Assembly: GCA_002104905.1 (NCBI GenBank)
Contig: MCFE01000125.1
Span: forward strand, 62,001 to 126,000
DNA length: 64,000 bases
Direction: 5' to 3'
Source of the DNA: Basidiobolus meristosporus CBS 931.73
Lineage: Eukaryota > Fungi > Basidiobolomycota
Shown: piece after piece, positions 62,659 through 64,000 of the stretch
Layout: every line of letters begins with the position of its first letter
How positions within the stretch are numbered: the stretch's first letter is position 1
Translations under genes and position numbers: made by a program
Notes under the pieces: model-generated
The model's input: only the letters and a program-made list of their open reading frames with translations
Database searches by the model: none
Told to the model about the DNA's origin: nothing

Positions 62659-64000
62659 CTAAACACCACCACCACTTCTCTCGGTGGGGATTTGTCTTCC
62701 GTAAGACACATCCGAGCCCTCCTTAGGCTGGGCATCCGATGCGGCGTACTCGGCAGGCAATCCCATGGTCTTCAAGAAGTTGAATGATTCCTTGTATTCC
62801 TTTTCCTTGCGTGCCTCGTCCCAGTTCAACTCCTGCGCCATGATCTCGATCACGCGTGGTAGTGACTCCAAGGCAGCATGGGCATTCAGGAAAGCCAATC
62901 GAGTACGACGTGCAAGCACGTCTACTGCAGTGCAGGCATACTCATTGCGAACGGCGTAGACGATTTCCGCCTCGATATATGGGTAAAGGTGACTCAAACG
63001 ATGGCCAACCTTAGGGTAAGCCTTGTCGGTGCGCTCAGCAAGGGCGGCTACGCCCCAGGCACGATCACCATAGCTGGATGCCAAGTGTTGAGCCACATCA
63101 GTCTCCAATCCGAAGTGCTGGATCAAGCGGATGAACATGGTGTTACTATAGCCATGAGAGCCCAAAAGCTTGGTGGTCTCGGTAACACAATCAGAGGCAG
63201 GCTTCAAGTCCAGAACCTCCACGGCCTTGTCAATGGTTTCCTTGGCCATAGCTCTGTAGGTAGTCCACTTGCCTCCAGCAATGGTAACGAGATTGCTGTC
63301 GCTGACATTGATCATGTGGTTACGAACAAGAGAGGCGGTGTTCTTGCTAGATGGGTCACGCACGAGTGGACGAATGCCAGACCAGGCAGCCAAAACATCA
63401 CTACGACGGACCTTCACATCAGAGCTCAAGTATCTCTGAACCTCCTCCAAGATCCATGAGATCTCCTCCTCTTGTGCCAATGGGTTGGCGGTCACTTCAG
63501 TCTTCGAGTCGGTGGTACCGGCAATCACATTTCCTTGCCATGGGAGGAAGAAAATGACGCGGCCATCGGAAGTAGCAGGGTCTAAGAGTCCCATATTCTG
63601 AGGGCTGTAGTAGTTGGGAAGGATGATGTGAACACCAGCACTAGGAGCGACGATCTCAGCCTCATGGGGCTCATCCATCTTACGAAGACCATCGGTAAAC
63701 GGGCCTGTGGCGTTGATTACACCCTTGGCCTTCACGGTCCATTCCTCACCGGTGAAGGTATCCCTCACCACTGCACCACGGACAATTTCTTTGTTTTTGT
63801 CTTCTGGAGAAGGCTCCTTCACAAGGCTAACAACCTCGACGTGGTTGGCAACTACTGCACCATGAGCGGCAGCTGTGAGAGCGAGGACTACGTTCATTCT
63901 AGAATCGTTATGCTGGCCATCATAGTAGACCAAAGCTCCGACCAAGTTTTCCTCCTTCAACATGGGGAAGGCCTCTAAAGCCTTGCTCTTGCCAAGAACA
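62659..64000 (-). CDS. GUT2: Mitochondrial FAD glycerol-3-phosphate dehydrogenase, 3' part (5' end lies beyond the window)
   Basis: YYDGQHNDSRMN; VINATGPFTD; DPATSDGRVIFFLPW; AAWSGIRPLVRDP; TIAGGKWTTYRAMA; DVLARRTRLAFL. The frame is open to the window edge. Confidence 0.95.
   Translation of the reverse strand, partial: VLGKSKALEAFPMLKEENLVGALVYYDGQHNDSRMNVVLALTAAAHGAVVANHVEVVSLVKEPSPEDKNKEIVRGAVVRDTFTGEEWTVKAKGVINATGPFTDGLRKMDEPHEAEIVAPSAGVHIILPNYYSPQNMGLLDPATSDGRVIFFLPWQGNVIAGTTDSKTEVTANPLAQEEEISWILEEVQRYLSSDVKVRRSDVLAAWSGIRPLVRDPSSKNTASLVRNHMINVSDSNLVTIAGGKWTTYRAMAKETIDKAVEVLDLKPASDCVTETTKLLGSHGYSNTMFIRLIQHFGLETDVAQHLASSYGDRAWGVAALAERTDKAYPKVGHRLSHLYPYIEAEIVYAVRNEYACTAVDVLARRTRLAFLNAHAALESLPRVIEIMAQELNWDEARKEKEYKESFNFLKTMGLPAEYAASDAQPKEGSDVSYGRQIPTERSGGGV

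Noticed and set aside
46300-64000. Many 60-190-aa antisense or overlapping ORFs
   Set aside because: They are shadows of GC-rich coding exons or exon-intron read-through, with no independent motifs.

Overview
Eukaryotic (fungal) genomic DNA in two sharply different halves. Bases 1 to ~46,300 form an AT-rich, almost CpG-free graveyard of nested transposons. It holds Ty1/copia and Ty3/gypsy LTR retroelements, many solo LTRs, two CACTA/EnSpm-like DNA transposons (one inserted inside the other) and a family of palindromic MITEs. Bases ~46,300 to 64,000 form a GC-richer, CpG-rich block of six intron-containing housekeeping genes: ZFC3H1/Red1-like, TOE1-like CAF1 nuclease, mitochondrial AspRS, DLD2/D2HGDH, inorganic pyrophosphatase and GUT2 (partial). 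Short GT-AG introns, a TOE1 orthologue and CpG-specific repeat decay suggest an early-diverging fungus (Basidiobolus-like); this is inference only. By-eye reconstruction of target-site duplications (TSDs) gives three main observations. (i) A ~1 kb gypsy-type solo-LTR family has 4-bp TSDs centred on CpG. (ii) A CACTA-like family has CCCTACGAAAAA-type ends, an apparent 4-bp TSD and an unrecognised second ORF head-to-head with the transposase. (iii) There are three exactly 733-bp fold-back MITEs with 3-bp ANT-type TSDs. All alignments and counts were done by eye, with no database searches.
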